Shown in pieces: positions 1 to 13,410 of a stretch of DNA of 64,000 nt (its first letter is position 1; every line of letters starts with the position of its first letter). Source of the stretch: Octopus vulgaris (lineage: Eukaryota); contig OX597816.1 in assembly GCA_951406725.2 (NCBI GenBank), forward strand, positions 95,294,001 to 95,358,000, read 5' to 3'. Made by a program: the position numbers and the translations under genes. Below the pieces are notes generated by a model. That model saw nothing but the letters and a program-made list of their open reading frames with translations. It did not search any database and was not told where the DNA came from.

Positions 1-39
<39 letters not shown>

Positions 40-50
40 GCACACACACA
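1..50. repeat. (CA)n microsatellite
   Basis: Direct dinucleotide repeat. Confidence 0.95.
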
Positions 51-1724
51 TCCATTAGGAGGTTTAAAAGTAAAACACCGGCGAAATTCAGAAAATCTGA
101 TGTAATGATTAGAACCAACCAACAATGTAGTGGCTGAGCTTAGTTAAGTTTCAGATTCTTAGATCACGTGTCTCGCATTTGGCACTCATAGATAATCAAT
201 CAAAGAAAACGATATGGATATTTCAGCTAATAAGACGAGACAACATCAAAGAAAGCCGAAACGACGAAAAGAACGTTTTTCTGCAATTAATGAGGACTCA
301 ATTTAAAGGCGTCTTTTGATGTCGTTCTCTCAACTTAGCTTCCTGCTCTCGTCTCTGTAGAGATTAACTTTCTATAGGATTTCACATTTGAAGCTCTTTT
401 ATCGCATTTATCGTTATATCTAAAATGATAGGACACTTGAGAGTTTCATTGATGTGAATATGTTACTATCTGTCCATCCAAGTCGATCAAATCAGCCAGC
501 TGTCTAAATACTTATATATAAGTCTATCTATAATTGATATCTCGGTAGCATGAACGCACACAGACACATTCTAGCAAACGTGCCTCCGCCTACACGTACA
601 TACATTCACGTAGGTACTCTCACCACGCCACATATATGCATGTATTCACACATATACAAGTTAAAGGGAAAAAGTATGCATGTATTTACACATATGCAAG
701 TTAAAGTGAAAATAGACGCATAACTGGATGCTTAATAACATTCGAAACAGAATCTCGACAACTATTGATATTGATTTTAATTTGTATTAACAAGTAAGAA
801 AATATTGCAGAACAAAGAGGGAAAAAATGTGGAATGAATACATCTTCAAGCCGTGCAACTTAGGTAAAACTCACAAAATTCGATAGCAAAGATATTGTAA
901 TGTCAAAAACATTTAACACATCATAGTAATTTAAAATAATAAATAGAATCATTAAAGGCAATCCTGCGATCAAATGAATCTCGAAGAATGCGTACGGAAT
1001 TAATAATGGTCAGTTTGAACATTTTCAGCTATTTATCACTAAACTATAAATAATTGCTGAAACATAAATATTGGAAATCGATCTGCAGTTGAAGAGGTTT
1101 GTTTTGAAGCGAATGGAACTGTTAGAAAGAGAAAGAATGCTAATTAGGGCAATAAAGTACTTTGGTTTTCATTTAAGACTAGAACAAGCTGCAGCTGAGT
1201 TAGTTGATTGAATAACAATTAGCTTGTTGGTCGGTGCCGAAAAAATATTCAAGATTTCCACAGTTCCAGTACTTATATTAGTATCATGATGTATCATGTT
1301 ATGTGTTCTTGGCTGCTGTTAACTTGCTAATTAACAAAACTATATCTGTCAAGCTGTTACAAAGTGCAATAGTTTACTGATTAATGGAAGAGTTCTGAAT
1401 TGTAAGCAGCGGCACCATGAAATTGCTGAGGTTTTCGTTCGGCTGAATTGAAAATAAGTTTTGCTCTCTATGTGAATATAATAGAAGAGATAGTGGATGG
1501 ACATTTCTCTTGTCATTGTAATTTATCGTGTATTGATAAAATCTCTAACCCTGCAGAAATATTAGGTCACCTCAATTAACTTTGAGCTGATTCAATCGTC
1601 TTTGAGCTGTAGGATGGCCCAAGGAGCTGGAATCTAGATATCAAGATACCTATACCACTATTCATATTTCAAGGGATACAATCAACACGTATTTATAGTG
1701 GCAGACGTCTGATGTAGTAGAGAA

Positions 1725-1869
1725 TATACATACATACATACATACATACATACATACATACATACATACATACATACATACATACATACATACATACATA
1801 CATACATACACATACATACATACACATACACACACATACATACATACAAAAATACATACATACATACAT
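1725..1869. repeat. (TACA)n microsatellite
   Basis: Direct tetranucleotide repeat; source of the MYVC/YVCM spurious ORFs. Confidence 0.95.
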
Positions 1870-1870
1870 T

Positions 1871-2927
1871 CATAGTTCCTTGATGCTTTTCAACATTGTT
1901 TTCTGCAATATGTCACAATAATCCATTGTTCTCTCAATAAATGTGAGTCCTCCCACACGAGTTGCACTCATGCATTTCCAAAGCTAACATACTTCCACCG
2001 CCGTGTTTCACGGTAGGTACGGTGCATCTGTCGCTATTATCTTCACCTGGTCGCTCCCATACACATTTAATACCATCGGACCCAAACATGTTGATTTTTG
2101 TCTCGTCAGAAAAAAGAATTTTCTTCCAAAACTCCTTTCCTTTACTCACATAGGTTTCGGCAAAGGAAAGACGATTTGATTTATGCCTGTTAGTGAGGAA
2201 AGGCTTCCGACGAGGAGTGCGTCCATGAAGATCACGCTGGTTCAAACTTCGGCGAACTGTTTCAGCGGATATACTCTTTCTACTAACGGAAGACATTTCT
2301 TGAGCCAAAGTTGAAGTGGTACGACGCCTGTCGTCCATCTTGCAACGTTGGATGTAGCGAATATCACGCGCAGTTAAAATAGGACCTGGATGATGTTTAT
2401 TGCTTAGGCGCCGAGGAGCTTTGTATTTCTGAATCCCTTTGGCAACTGTGTTTACGTTAATATGTATTCGTTTGCTAATTAACTTGTATCCTAAAACATT
2501 CTTGTGCAAATTAAAAATAATTTCATTCCAATCTTCAGACAATTATTTTCCTGTAATACCTTTTTATCACAATGACGAAGATTTTCATCACGGTGCACAA
2601 ATCAGAATTCCTGAAATGCAATAACAATGACCGGTGCAAAAATGCCAGGAGGAATAATTTATTAGAATTGAAATTACCTGGAATATCTGAATTTAGTAAA
2701 AAAAAAATATTGAATATAGCAAATTTCCTTTACGAAGTACAAAATTTTGTACATTTGTATATTTTTTTCATATCTTTGAAAATGTTTATTATTTGTGTTT
2801 CTATAATGTTTGCATGTATAATATATTTTATTCAGTATAAATTTAGTTTGATTTCCTTCTATATTGTCAGAGTAATTGCGATTTTACTGAAAATGTATAG
2901 GGGTGTGCATACTTCCGTGAGATACTG
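1871..2927 (-). mobile_element. Truncated Tc1-like DNA transposon (one terminus plus 5' two-thirds of transposase)
   Basis: Minus strand starts TA|CAGTATCTCACGGAAGTATGCACACCCCT (TA at 2928-2929), a Tc1-type terminus. Transposase ORF follows. The other end is lost at the (TACA)n tract. Confidence 0.85.
1875..2542 (-). pseudogene. Tc1 transposase pseudogene (HTH domains and start of DDE domain)
   Basis: ORF 1934-2542 has RRKPFLTNRHKSNRLSFA, W..ILFSDETKINMFGSDG and VPTVKHGGGSM. A frameshifted continuation (GLTFIERTMDYCDILQKTML) runs to about 1875. Confidence 0.9.
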
Positions 2928-2980
2928 TATATAATCTTTTATTCGTTTCAACTACGTTTCAAACACATTATATATACATT

Positions 2981-3035
<55 letters not shown>

Positions 3036-3067
3036 GTATGTATGAGCATATACATGTGCTCTAGCGC

Positions 3068-3160
<93 letters not shown>

Positions 3161-3163
<3 letters not shown>

Positions 3164-3325
3164 CAGAGGTATAGCTGTGTGGTAAGAAGCTTGCTTCACA
3201 ACCACATGGTTGCATATGGTTTCAGCCTCACTACATGGCATCTTTGGCAAGTATCTTCTACTACAGCCACCGGCCGACCAAAACCTTGTAAATGAATTTG
3301 GTAGACGGAAACTGAAAGAAGAAGT
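3161..3325 (+). mobile_element. tRNA-derived SINE family A, 5' half
   Basis: GCTGTGTGGTAAGAAGCTTGC head, ..TTGGCAAGTATCTTCTACTA.. CORE-like block and GGTAGACGGAAACTGAAAGAAG; homologous to copies at 14551, 16858, 21640, 36095 and 52553. Confidence 0.85.
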
Positions 3326-3634
3326 ATATATATATATAACCCAACCACACACAAAATCACGCACACACATACACACACATAGACACGAATGCAGTTATAT
3401 ACATACACATACATAGGCACTCAATCACAAAAGCAAACAACACATCACCATTCATATGACTTGCACCCTATCACCTTCCTATCCTTTGAACCCTTGAACT
3501 TTCTAGAATCTTCTACATTCAACCATTTTTGACGTCACTGCTTATAACTGAATATTTTAAAGAAACACTCATTATCGCTATGGGCTCCGTGTGGGCAGTC
3601 ATCTAAGAGTTTTTGTTCATCTTGATGCTGACAT

Positions 3635-3739
3635 AAGTTCCTTGTTTTTCCTGATGAGAAGGCGGCATAATGCACCCCTTATTCCTTCGAAATTAGGAAT
3701 ATGCAGCCTTCGAAACATATGTCGAGAATAAAGGAATTT
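3635..3739 (+). ncRNA. Type I hammerhead ribozyme motif, intact core (probable PLE pseudo-LTR)
   Basis: CTGATGA 3651-3657; stem II GAAGGC 3658-63 / GCCTTC 3706-11; GAAA 3712-15; palindromic stem III ACATATGT; GUC ending 3723; stem I 3635-3650 / 3724-3739 pairs 14 of 16 (with GU). Confidence 0.8.
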
Positions 3740-4122
3740 TGTTAAATCGTCGTTCAACTCCATTCTTTCATTTATATATATATATATATATATACCATTT
3801 TTCCTTTCCTCACGTGATCATGTTCCTTTTCCTTCAGTCTGCTGTGCAGTCCAGACGCATTCGTATCTGTCTCTCATCTTTCCACTTATCAAAGAATCTT
3901 CTTCCTGCGTTCGCTACCTTACCTCGTCTGAGCCCAACGGCCCTGCTTGTTTCTATTCGTTTCGTTTGGCTTGTTGTATGTCCTGTTCTTCTTACTACCT
4001 TTGATCCTCCGCAAATAACAAATTTTATTTTGGTTTGCAGTAGCAACTGCCTTCAACTGCCTTTGCTCGCAACTCAATAGCTGTCCGAACGGATAGAACC
4101 CACATCTTTTGTAAAGATCTTC

Positions 4123-4164
<42 letters not shown>

Positions 4165-4294
4165 ATATATATATATATATATACATATAATTTGGGAAAA
4201 CAGTATATATATATATATATATATATTAGACAAGGACAGTAACAAAGCTAAGGCTACGAGGAGTGTTCAGAACATTTATACGGAAAGAGATATA

Positions 4295-4345
4295 GTCATG
4301 CAGCTATTTCTAGGATATAATAGCTATCCCTTCATCAGAGATGAC
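4295..4345 (-). ncRNA. Degenerate hammerhead motif in inverted pseudo-LTR-like segment
   Basis: Minus strand: gtcatct CTGATGA A GGGATA..TATCCT A GAAA TAGCTG catgac; stem III and cleavage triplet are damaged. Confidence 0.5.
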
Positions 4346-4599
4346 GTGAAAGAGGGAAATGTTTGAGTTCGAAATAAAGAACTTATTATGGAAAAGGAAA
4401 AGATCGGGAAAATAGAGGGAAATAAAAGAATGAAAGTACAAATAACATATTGTCGTTGCAGCGCCATTATTCGAGTAAAATGGTATTTAGAAATGGTAAA
4501 AAAGTTTCTTGTACATGGTATGTAAGTTCCGATAGTAGATCGTGTTTAGTCATTTCAAATTATGGAGCCGTTGGTTCTATGTTGCGCATTCAGCTCCAA

Positions 4600-5400
4600 C
4601 ATGCACACGGCTCCAACATTGAACCCCATACGTTAAGACCACAACCATAACCTAACCTGTCGTACTAACACTATCCAGATTACTACCACAACTTCCACCA
4701 CCTTTACAGACAGAATAATTAAAATCAACGATAGCAATAATAGTGATAATAGTATTAATAATAATAACTTGGACATTTCTACCCCATCTCTAACCTCTCC
4801 TTGGAAGTATTACCTCTTCTATTCTTGAAAATAACCCCCAATATACACCCACTTCTAGCTGCCGTCCTGGGTCCATCTGCCCCCCACAAACCCATTGTAG
4901 GAGATCTAATGTAATTTATAATTGCAGCGTCCTCAACACATTACACAATTCTACAGCTATATATAAAGGGTCAGCCATAAATTTAAACAACGATATACCA
5001 CTCATCTCAATTCTTTTAGATACTAGAAACACAGTAAATTCACAACACTAGCCAGTCACATACATCATCTCAAAAATAGAAATAGTCCCTACATTTTGTC
5101 AGGGTCCATAATAGACTCAGGTCTTCCAATCCAAGGTCAACGCTTAGTCTGTAAGCTACGCCTAAAAGATGTATTCCACATATTAAAGCACAACTCCTCG
5201 ACACTACTAAATAAATATAATGAAGCCCTAGGTACCTTCAAGTTTTACCACAAATCGAGATGTAACCTAAATAATCACCCAGCATATATCCACAACATCC
5301 CTTAGGTATTCCCCAACAATCCTTCTTAACTTTCCCTTATCTCCATTTTAATGTTTAATCCTTAATTCTTTAACTCCCCTTTCTTACTTTAAGGATGTTA
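4600..5400 (+). mobile_element. Penelope-like element 3' fragment, GIY-YIG endonuclease pseudogene
   Basis: From about 4854: SSCRPGSICPPQTHCRRSNVIYNCSV..IYKGSAIN /frameshift/ KQRYTTHLNSFRY*KHSKFTTLASHIHHLK..IIDS..VCKLRLKD..LLNKYNE. Confidence 0.75.
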
Positions 5401-5594
5401 ATAATTTAATATTACATATTTGGATATACAAGCGGATACATGTGTGTGCATCTATTTTAAGAATGTATAAGAATGTATGTGGGTATATGTATGTATGTTA
5501 GTATATATATACGTGTCTGTGTATGTATATATACGTGCATATGTATATACAAATATATATGAGTGAGTCTATCTGAATATAAGTATACGTGAGT

Positions 5595-7395
5595 ACCTGT
5601 ATTTCTATTCAATGCTAATGAACAGTTGGAAAGAACATGTTTCAGTGTTCCGACCTTTCCGCATTTGCACATATCATTCTCTGAGACGTTCCATCTTACT
5701 ACATTTGTAGGCGATGGCAAAGCATCATAGGATGAACAAATCAGAAAACTTAGCTGAGATGTAATCCACCATGCTATCTCATTCCAAATTATTTTTTTTG
5801 CAACAAGATGTTCCTCCCATCTCATCATCTGTCCTTGTTGAGAGCATTGGGTCAAATGGAGCTTTCTTCTCTCTATTCCCTTTGTTTTGATGCTGTGCTA
5901 GCAACAGATCTGCGTTTGCTTCGCATTATACTTGCAAACAGTCTGAACCGATCGGCGCCAAAACCAAGTCCCTTTCGATGAATTTGCATCGCACCCACCT
6001 TGTGTGTAAGCGAAGACAGAATGTCATCAGTGTCTACTTCTGCTTTCCACTTCATGGCCATTTTTACATTTGGTGGATTACGACTGGTTTCTATATCCTT
6101 CGACTATCTCAGCATTATCACCGTTCATATCTTTCCTAGTTTATAAATTTCGACTATTGACGCCAGTGATAACTGCAACGAGCCTCTTTTACGATAGAGA
6201 GCTGAAATGTTCAATATCCGATGTAGGCATAGCTACTTTCTAATGAACACATTACATTTTGGTTTAATGATTTGAACTCGTGACAGTGCTACGTCGTATG
6301 TTAAAAATGTCCACGAAAGTCGCGGATACAAGCCGAACTGTAAACACCAAATTTTATATTTACCTGGTAGCTTTGAGTTGTCAATTGCTGTTAATTCAGT
6401 CTCGGCTTGTTTCATAATTTGCATCCCGCGACTCCTATCTGACAATGTTCCAGCGTATACGCGCCCCAAGCCCTTGACGGGTTCTTCCTTGACTGTTGGA
6501 ATACTTTCTTCAGCTATTTGAAACTTTACTTCTTTCTGCACTCCCTTAATTAATGTCAGACTACGCGAATTTTTCGCTCCGGATCGCATCCTTGGCTACT
6601 TCGCAGGTTCGTCTAGTCTCAACGGGGCTCTCTGCATGATTTGCTTGTCCCGTCATTCATGAAGGCTTTCATAGGTGATTTTACATGGGCGATTTGTTAC
6701 GAAAAGTCCACTGCTTTAAAAATCATCTCCATGACTAAGATAGACCACGTGATAGATATTGTGCAGCCATCAGCAATGCCAATCTCCAATCGGTGCCAAT
6801 CTTGTAAAATCTCCAACCGTAAACCTTATCTCGAAACTGTCATAATATATCCTTATTAATCTTGCTACTTTGTCTGTAATGTGGAAGTGGTCTATGGTTC
6901 TTATCAGTAATTCGTGTGGCACTGAGCCATATACATTAGCTATTTCAAGCCATACTACATTCAGATTTGTCTTATTCTGTTTGGTATCCTGGATCACTTT
7001 CGAAATCGCAAAAATAATGCTCAATGCATCTAGGGATCCCAGGGATTCCGACCTTTTGAACAGATTCATCAATATATCCATTACTCTGTAAATATGTCAC
7101 TTCTCCCTGAGAGAATTCCTATAAAGATATTGCCTTCCGCATTCAATAAGGGTATCGGCCTAAACTGATTTATAGTCTCTGCATTGACCTCCTTCGGCAG
7201 GTATATACCTTCTGCCTTACACCAATCCTTTACTAGAGTCTCTACGCGCCACAACTGTTGGAGTAGATCAAAAAGCTTCTTTTGCAGAATACTGCAATAT
7301 TTGTAAATTATATACGACAAGCCATCACCTCCTGGGGTACTCTTTGCTCTAGCTTTTCTCACGAAATCATTCAGCTCTTTCTCCTTGATCTCCTA
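5595..7395 (-). mobile_element. HERO-like (RLE-clade) non-LTR retrotransposon RT fragment, frameshifted and truncated at both ends
   Basis: Consecutive minus ORFs: KARAKSTPGGDG..W..AEGIYLPKE..QFRPIPLLNAEG; VVWLEIANVYGSVPH; LPGKYKIWCLQFGLYPRLSW; YDALPSPTN..W..CKCGKVGTLKHVLSNC (CCHC knuckle). Confidence 0.85.
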
Positions 7396-8404
7396 CATAT
7401 TTGTATGTATTTCCTTAGTACAGATAATAATATACACCACTTTCTGTAGGAATGAGTGAACAGCTTAATGTTTAAATGGTTGAGAGTTTGCCTTTTTAAG
7501 TTGAATTTAAGAGATTGCATATACACATGTGTATAAATATGTACGTGTGTGATTATAGGGATTTGATGTCTATCTATAGTTCCTTCATACTGAAAATATA
7601 CTTCATGTTCTGTACAAGTAACCGTACATTGAGGAAAATCGTATTGACCTAATACATTTAAATTGTTTACACAAGATAATTCTTTAATGAAAACTGCAAT
7701 GTTGTCTTGGTTGCATAGGGACTACAATATTATTTTGAAGAAAAATAATGTTTGTGGTAGCATCGTTTACAGTAAGTGGTACAGTGCTGGCAATGAAATG
7801 ATGTCAATTACGCTCTATTTTAATAAGAACTTTTATTTACCGAGGCAAAAGTACACAGATAAGTAGATCAGAATATATAACTTATCTTCGCGACTCCAGT
7901 ACGATATGAAAAACAAAGTCAATTTCCATTAATGTAAAAAAAGCAATTAATCATAGGAAAGTAAAAGTTGGTTCCACTTTGTTTACTTAGTATTTTTCTG
8001 TGTGCTTGCCATTTTCGTTTTCAGTTATTTGAAATATTTCAAACATAATTTCCTCTCCACTGTTTTCGCATTCTCGTTCCATTTATTTGCTCATCACTAG
8101 TTTTTAAAGCAATGTTCATTAATATTAATATTTGTTGGAACTGAATTTGTTTGCAGCTTATGAATTTTGTAGCCTGATTTTTGAACTGAGTATTGAAGAT
8201 GATGAGTCACTGAGTTACTTTTGTGAGGTTTTCTAGACAAAGGTTAGTAAGTTTGTCCTGATCCCTGATATCTGAAGTTACATTTATGAATATCTAATAA
8301 TGTTAACAAGCCTTCAAATTCCAGATAAATAAAAATTTGTTATACTGGTTCTGTTAAGACAAATATTCGTTTTTGAGGTATATATAAAAGATATCCCAAT
8401 AATT

Positions 8405-8491
<87 letters not shown>

Positions 8492-9004
8492 GTACGTGTG
8501 TGCGTGTGCGTGCGTTCGAGTGAGTGTGCGTGTACAAGTGATATCAGGGAAAATGATAGACAAAGTAAATTATGGAAGTGTTTGGATTAAGAACTTATTC
8601 GCCCTGTTATGAAGGCATTTCTTTAACTTGCCCTTTTGAAATCAGATATATGACCGAAAGAACATTCTATATTTTATAGGATAGAAAATGAACACTTGTG
8701 AACTTTGGTAACTTGAAATACATTGGCAATTAAATGTGGTGACACTCTAAATCAAAGTGTAAATCGCAAAATATACATGCCGAAAGATTGTCAAATTTAC
8801 AGTGCTCACTTGGAAAGTTAGAAATTGTTTCATGATTATGTTATTCAACGCTAAGTAATTCACCATTTTATTATGAAATAGTTGCGCGACTCATCTAAAT
8901 ATTTTTCATGGTGTTATAAGTTAACGGATGATTTCTTTGATGTTCATGGTACATAATTGTATGGCTATCGTATAAATATCAGCATATAATTATCTGTCGT
9001 AGTA

Positions 9005-9320
<316 letters not shown>

Positions 9321-9801
9321 TATTAAGTTTTTTTTTTCTTTTCAAAATGCACTGTATTTCATAAATGGTAGAATATTGCATTAATGTGGCAATACACCAG
9401 TCTCTACTACGTTTAATCATATATTATGATTACTTAATTAAACATATGAATGAAAATTATTTGTAAAGGTTTGCAAATGTTCGAGTGATAACTACTAGTG
9501 GTTTATTTGATGTCATTGGGAGGAGAAGCACCAACACTGTGATCATTTCACCAAGATACAAACTGGCACCATGTGATATACTCTTCAATAGATTATTTCA
9601 ATAATCTCTTTCAATAGATTATTTGACTGATCAGAAACCATAATACTGCTATGAATTTTTGCTAACGAGATAACAGAAACAGTATTGGTATTCCAGATAT
9701 ATAAGGCTAAGGAAGTTGCAAGTGAGTAAAATCTGTTTCTGTTTCAGTTTGGAATAATTCAATTTACGAGTATTATAAATTTCATGTAGCATTGCCGCAT
9801 T

Positions 9802-9865
<64 letters not shown>

Positions 9866-9901
9866 TGTGCGTGTGTATATGTATGTATATATACATATTT
9901 T

Positions 9902-10268
9902 AGTTACCGGTATGCAAGTCTATGTAGTGTATAGTATGAATATATAGTGTTAAATTCAAGCATCGTCACTCTCTTTCCAAATGCTGATGCATTTCACATG
10001 GAATTTTTAATCCTCCAAAGTCGTCCTCGTTTGTAAGTCAACCTACCTTATTTGGCTACAAATTTTGGTCCGAAAAATTTAAATTAACTTCTTAATTATA
10101 TTTTTGTAAGTCAAAACAAGGCAACTTGTAAAATAGAACAGATTTATGGTATTACCTATTATTCCAATATTTTGGAAATCGTTAAGGAAAAGTTATTAGC
10201 TAGCTTCTCTGTCCCGTAGTGTATGCATTTGAATGTGTCATTGTAGTAACTACTCGGCTGCGTGCAAC

Positions 10269-10322
<54 letters not shown>

Positions 10323-10677
10323 TACAATGTTACTACAATGACACATTCAAATGCATACACTACGGGACAGAGAAGCTAGCTAATAACTTTTCCTTAACGA
10401 TTTCCAAAATATTGGAATAATAGGTAATACCATAAATCTGTTCTATTTTACAAGTTGCCTTGTTTTGACTTACAAAAATATAATTAAGAAGTTAATTTAA
10501 ATTTTTCGGACCAAAATTTGTAGCCAAATAAGGTAGGTTGACTTACAAACGAGGACGACTTTGGAGGATTAAAAATTCCATGTGAAATGCATCAGCATTT
10601 GGAAAGAGAGTGACGATGCTTGAATTTAACACTATATATTCATACTATACACTACATCGACTTGCATACCGGTAACT
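9902..10677. repeat. 349-bp near-perfect inverted repeat around a (TA)n spacer
   Basis: 9902-10250 is the reverse complement of 10329-10677 with no indel; one mismatch seen (9921/10658). Confidence 0.95.
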
Positions 10678-11447
10678 GAAATCAGAGCTGCACAAGAAGT
10701 CATTTATTTATATTCTCCCGTATTGCAAGTCGACGTAGTTCAATTCAAGCATCGTCTCTATCCTCCTAAATATTGATGCGTTTCACAGGGAATATTTGAT
10801 CCTCAAAATTCGTCCTAGTTTCACTTTACTCTCGTTGTCCATTTTCTGTTTCCTTAGAAAAATACACAAACTTCACACTTTTTCTGTCTACTAGCATCTA
10901 AGGGAAAAATCAGTTACAACATGATTCGAAACAGCAACATTACAGATACTAATGCTACAAACTATCTCAGTATCCCATCCTGTATCTCATAAGATTTGGT
11001 AGGTCGACATCTGGATCAATAATTATTAAGTGGAGCTGAAATTACGAATAGATCCGCTTAAATAAAATAGAATTCAATAGGAATAAAATGCAAATAAAAT
11101 TACTCTACAAAGTCCATTCTAGGAAGTGCTTTTATTTCACTAAATCGTTAATTAATTTAACACCACAGTAAAGAAGGCTTACAGATTAGTTTTGTATGCA
11201 TATTCTTTGATTAATTGAATCTGAGACTTCCAACTATTTTTCATGTTTTTCTTAACCTTCTTTTTCGGATCGTCCAGGTTATTTGTGTAATCCCAGTTTT
11301 TTCTGATTCATGCTCTTCTTTACCGCCCACCAACATCACCGGTTCCCACTCCTACCACCAATTTTCTGTAAAAGTGACTTTGAGAAAAAAATAGATTTGT
11401 CTTTCAGAGTTCAACAATAGTTTCATTTTCTCCGGTTTTAAGAAATC

Positions 11448-11731
<284 letters not shown>

Positions 11732-11734
<3 letters not shown>

Positions 11735-12299
11735 TGAGAGAGTAGTACATGCCATGAAAGTGACGCTGAGGTAAAAATATACGAAGCCCAGTATAACCAT
11801 CAATAACTACCCGTCTGTTAAGGGTACACCAGGCACATGCATCACAAACATAAGGGCGCGATATGGTTTTCTCATATCAAGATAAATAGCACATAAACCT
11901 GCAGATGTGACCCAGTTAGAATTTTCTTCAAGTCGAGTAGTCCATCCCACTCTCCCACTCAAGAGGTCGCTGAATAATGGTTGTTTAAGGATGATGAACG
12001 AAACACCCATGTTTCCAGGGGTGAATTATCTAAACCCCTAAGAATTCCTTGCAACACATGGCTGTGATTCCCCTTTACTACTACTGCTCGAGATCAGAGA
12101 TGCACATATCGTCAGCCACTAAGGAACATGCTCAACTGGTTAAGGTCAAACAACTGACAAACAAATCTGTGGTACTGAGCAGAATATTTGCTGTAGCCCA
12201 TCTTTTATACAAAGAAAAAACAATCTACACGATAACAATTCCAATCAGTTAGGATGAGAAGCCATGAGAGCTACTACCTGGTACTGCATCAGTGCATTT
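11732..12299 (-). mobile_element. Putative non-coding interspersed element embedded in (ATT)n
   Basis: About 570 bp of higher-complexity sequence with sharp (ATT)n boundaries on both sides and no meaningful ORF. Strand is a guess from the (TAA)n tail. Confidence 0.45.
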
Positions 12300-12320
12300 G
12301 TTATTATTATTATTATTATT

Positions 12321-12473
12321 CAGTAGTTTTATTTTTATAGCGTGCTTTCACTTCACTACCGAGCGCAGCTCTGTGTGCCTTGGGTATGTGCTGTGATTTG
12401 TTGTGATGCTCTGATGGTTATTGTATGGAAAGTGTTCTGCGTAGGATGTGTGCAGTGCCTAGTAGTGCAATTT
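12321..12473 (-). mobile_element. R4/Dong-like LINE extreme 3' end
   Basis: Minus strand reads IALLGTAHILRRTLSIQ*, then a 3' UTR and a (TAA)n tail; 137 of 138 nt identical to 31151-31288. Confidence 0.8.
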
Positions 12474-13249
12474 ATATTATTATTATTATTATTATTATTA
12501 TTATGCGAAGCAACAGTAACAATGTCACCTTACTAATACAATACCCCTAGCACAATCATCACTACAGCCATCACCTTCATATCCACCACCAGCTCCTCCT
12601 TCCCCACCTCATCTTCATCATCATTATCATCATCATCAGAATTATCATCAGTTGAAAAAAGCCGTCCAATTAAGTAATCGACTCTTATTTGTTAATTCAA
12701 GTATTTATTTCTGTATGAACCGAAACTGGTTCAATGGAAACTAATGCTTGAGAGTGAAAGATCAACCTAATGTTAGAAAGGGATTACTAAAATCCACATC
12801 TCTTGATGGAATCATTAATTTAATTGTTTCCCACTAACAGACTTTCTGGCGGTGGTGTTGTAATGGAGACCAGGTCAGTCCTAATCACGTAGACCTTTAG
12901 CATTGTTATAAGTGTGCTGATGTCCTAGTGGCTGACGGTTGTTATGATGACAGCAATGGTACTGCTGGTGTTGGTGCTGAGGATTATGTAGTTTTTGAGG
13001 ATTAATGATACTAATCATGATGATGATCATGGCGCTGCTAGTGGTGGTGGTTGTACTTGTAAAGATAGTAAGTGTGTTATTAGAATGCTGATAGCGATGT
13101 GGACGATAATGGTGATATGGAAAAAGGAAGCGACCGTGCTGGTGATGATGATTTTAGTCATTATATCGTAAGTCTCGAACAAACCTAACTGTAACAAATA
13201 ACTTTCGAATCGCGACTATTCTGACATTTCAGGCAGTATATCTATTATC

Positions 13250-13410
13250 TTATATTTGTTTCAGCTATTGAAAAGCGGCCATGTTGGGGCACCGTCTTAG
13301 AGGGTTTTAGGTGAATAATTCGATCCCACACTTATTGTTAAGAATGATACCGGATGTATCAGTCGCCTCTGCAGAGCCGTAAACAAACCAACACCAACTG
13401 TCAAGAGGTT
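13250..13410 (-). mobile_element. SINE family A 3' half, diverged
   Basis: Reverse-complement similarity to 17060-17232 (TTGACA..., CATGGCCGC...TGAAACAA). Confidence 0.55.
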
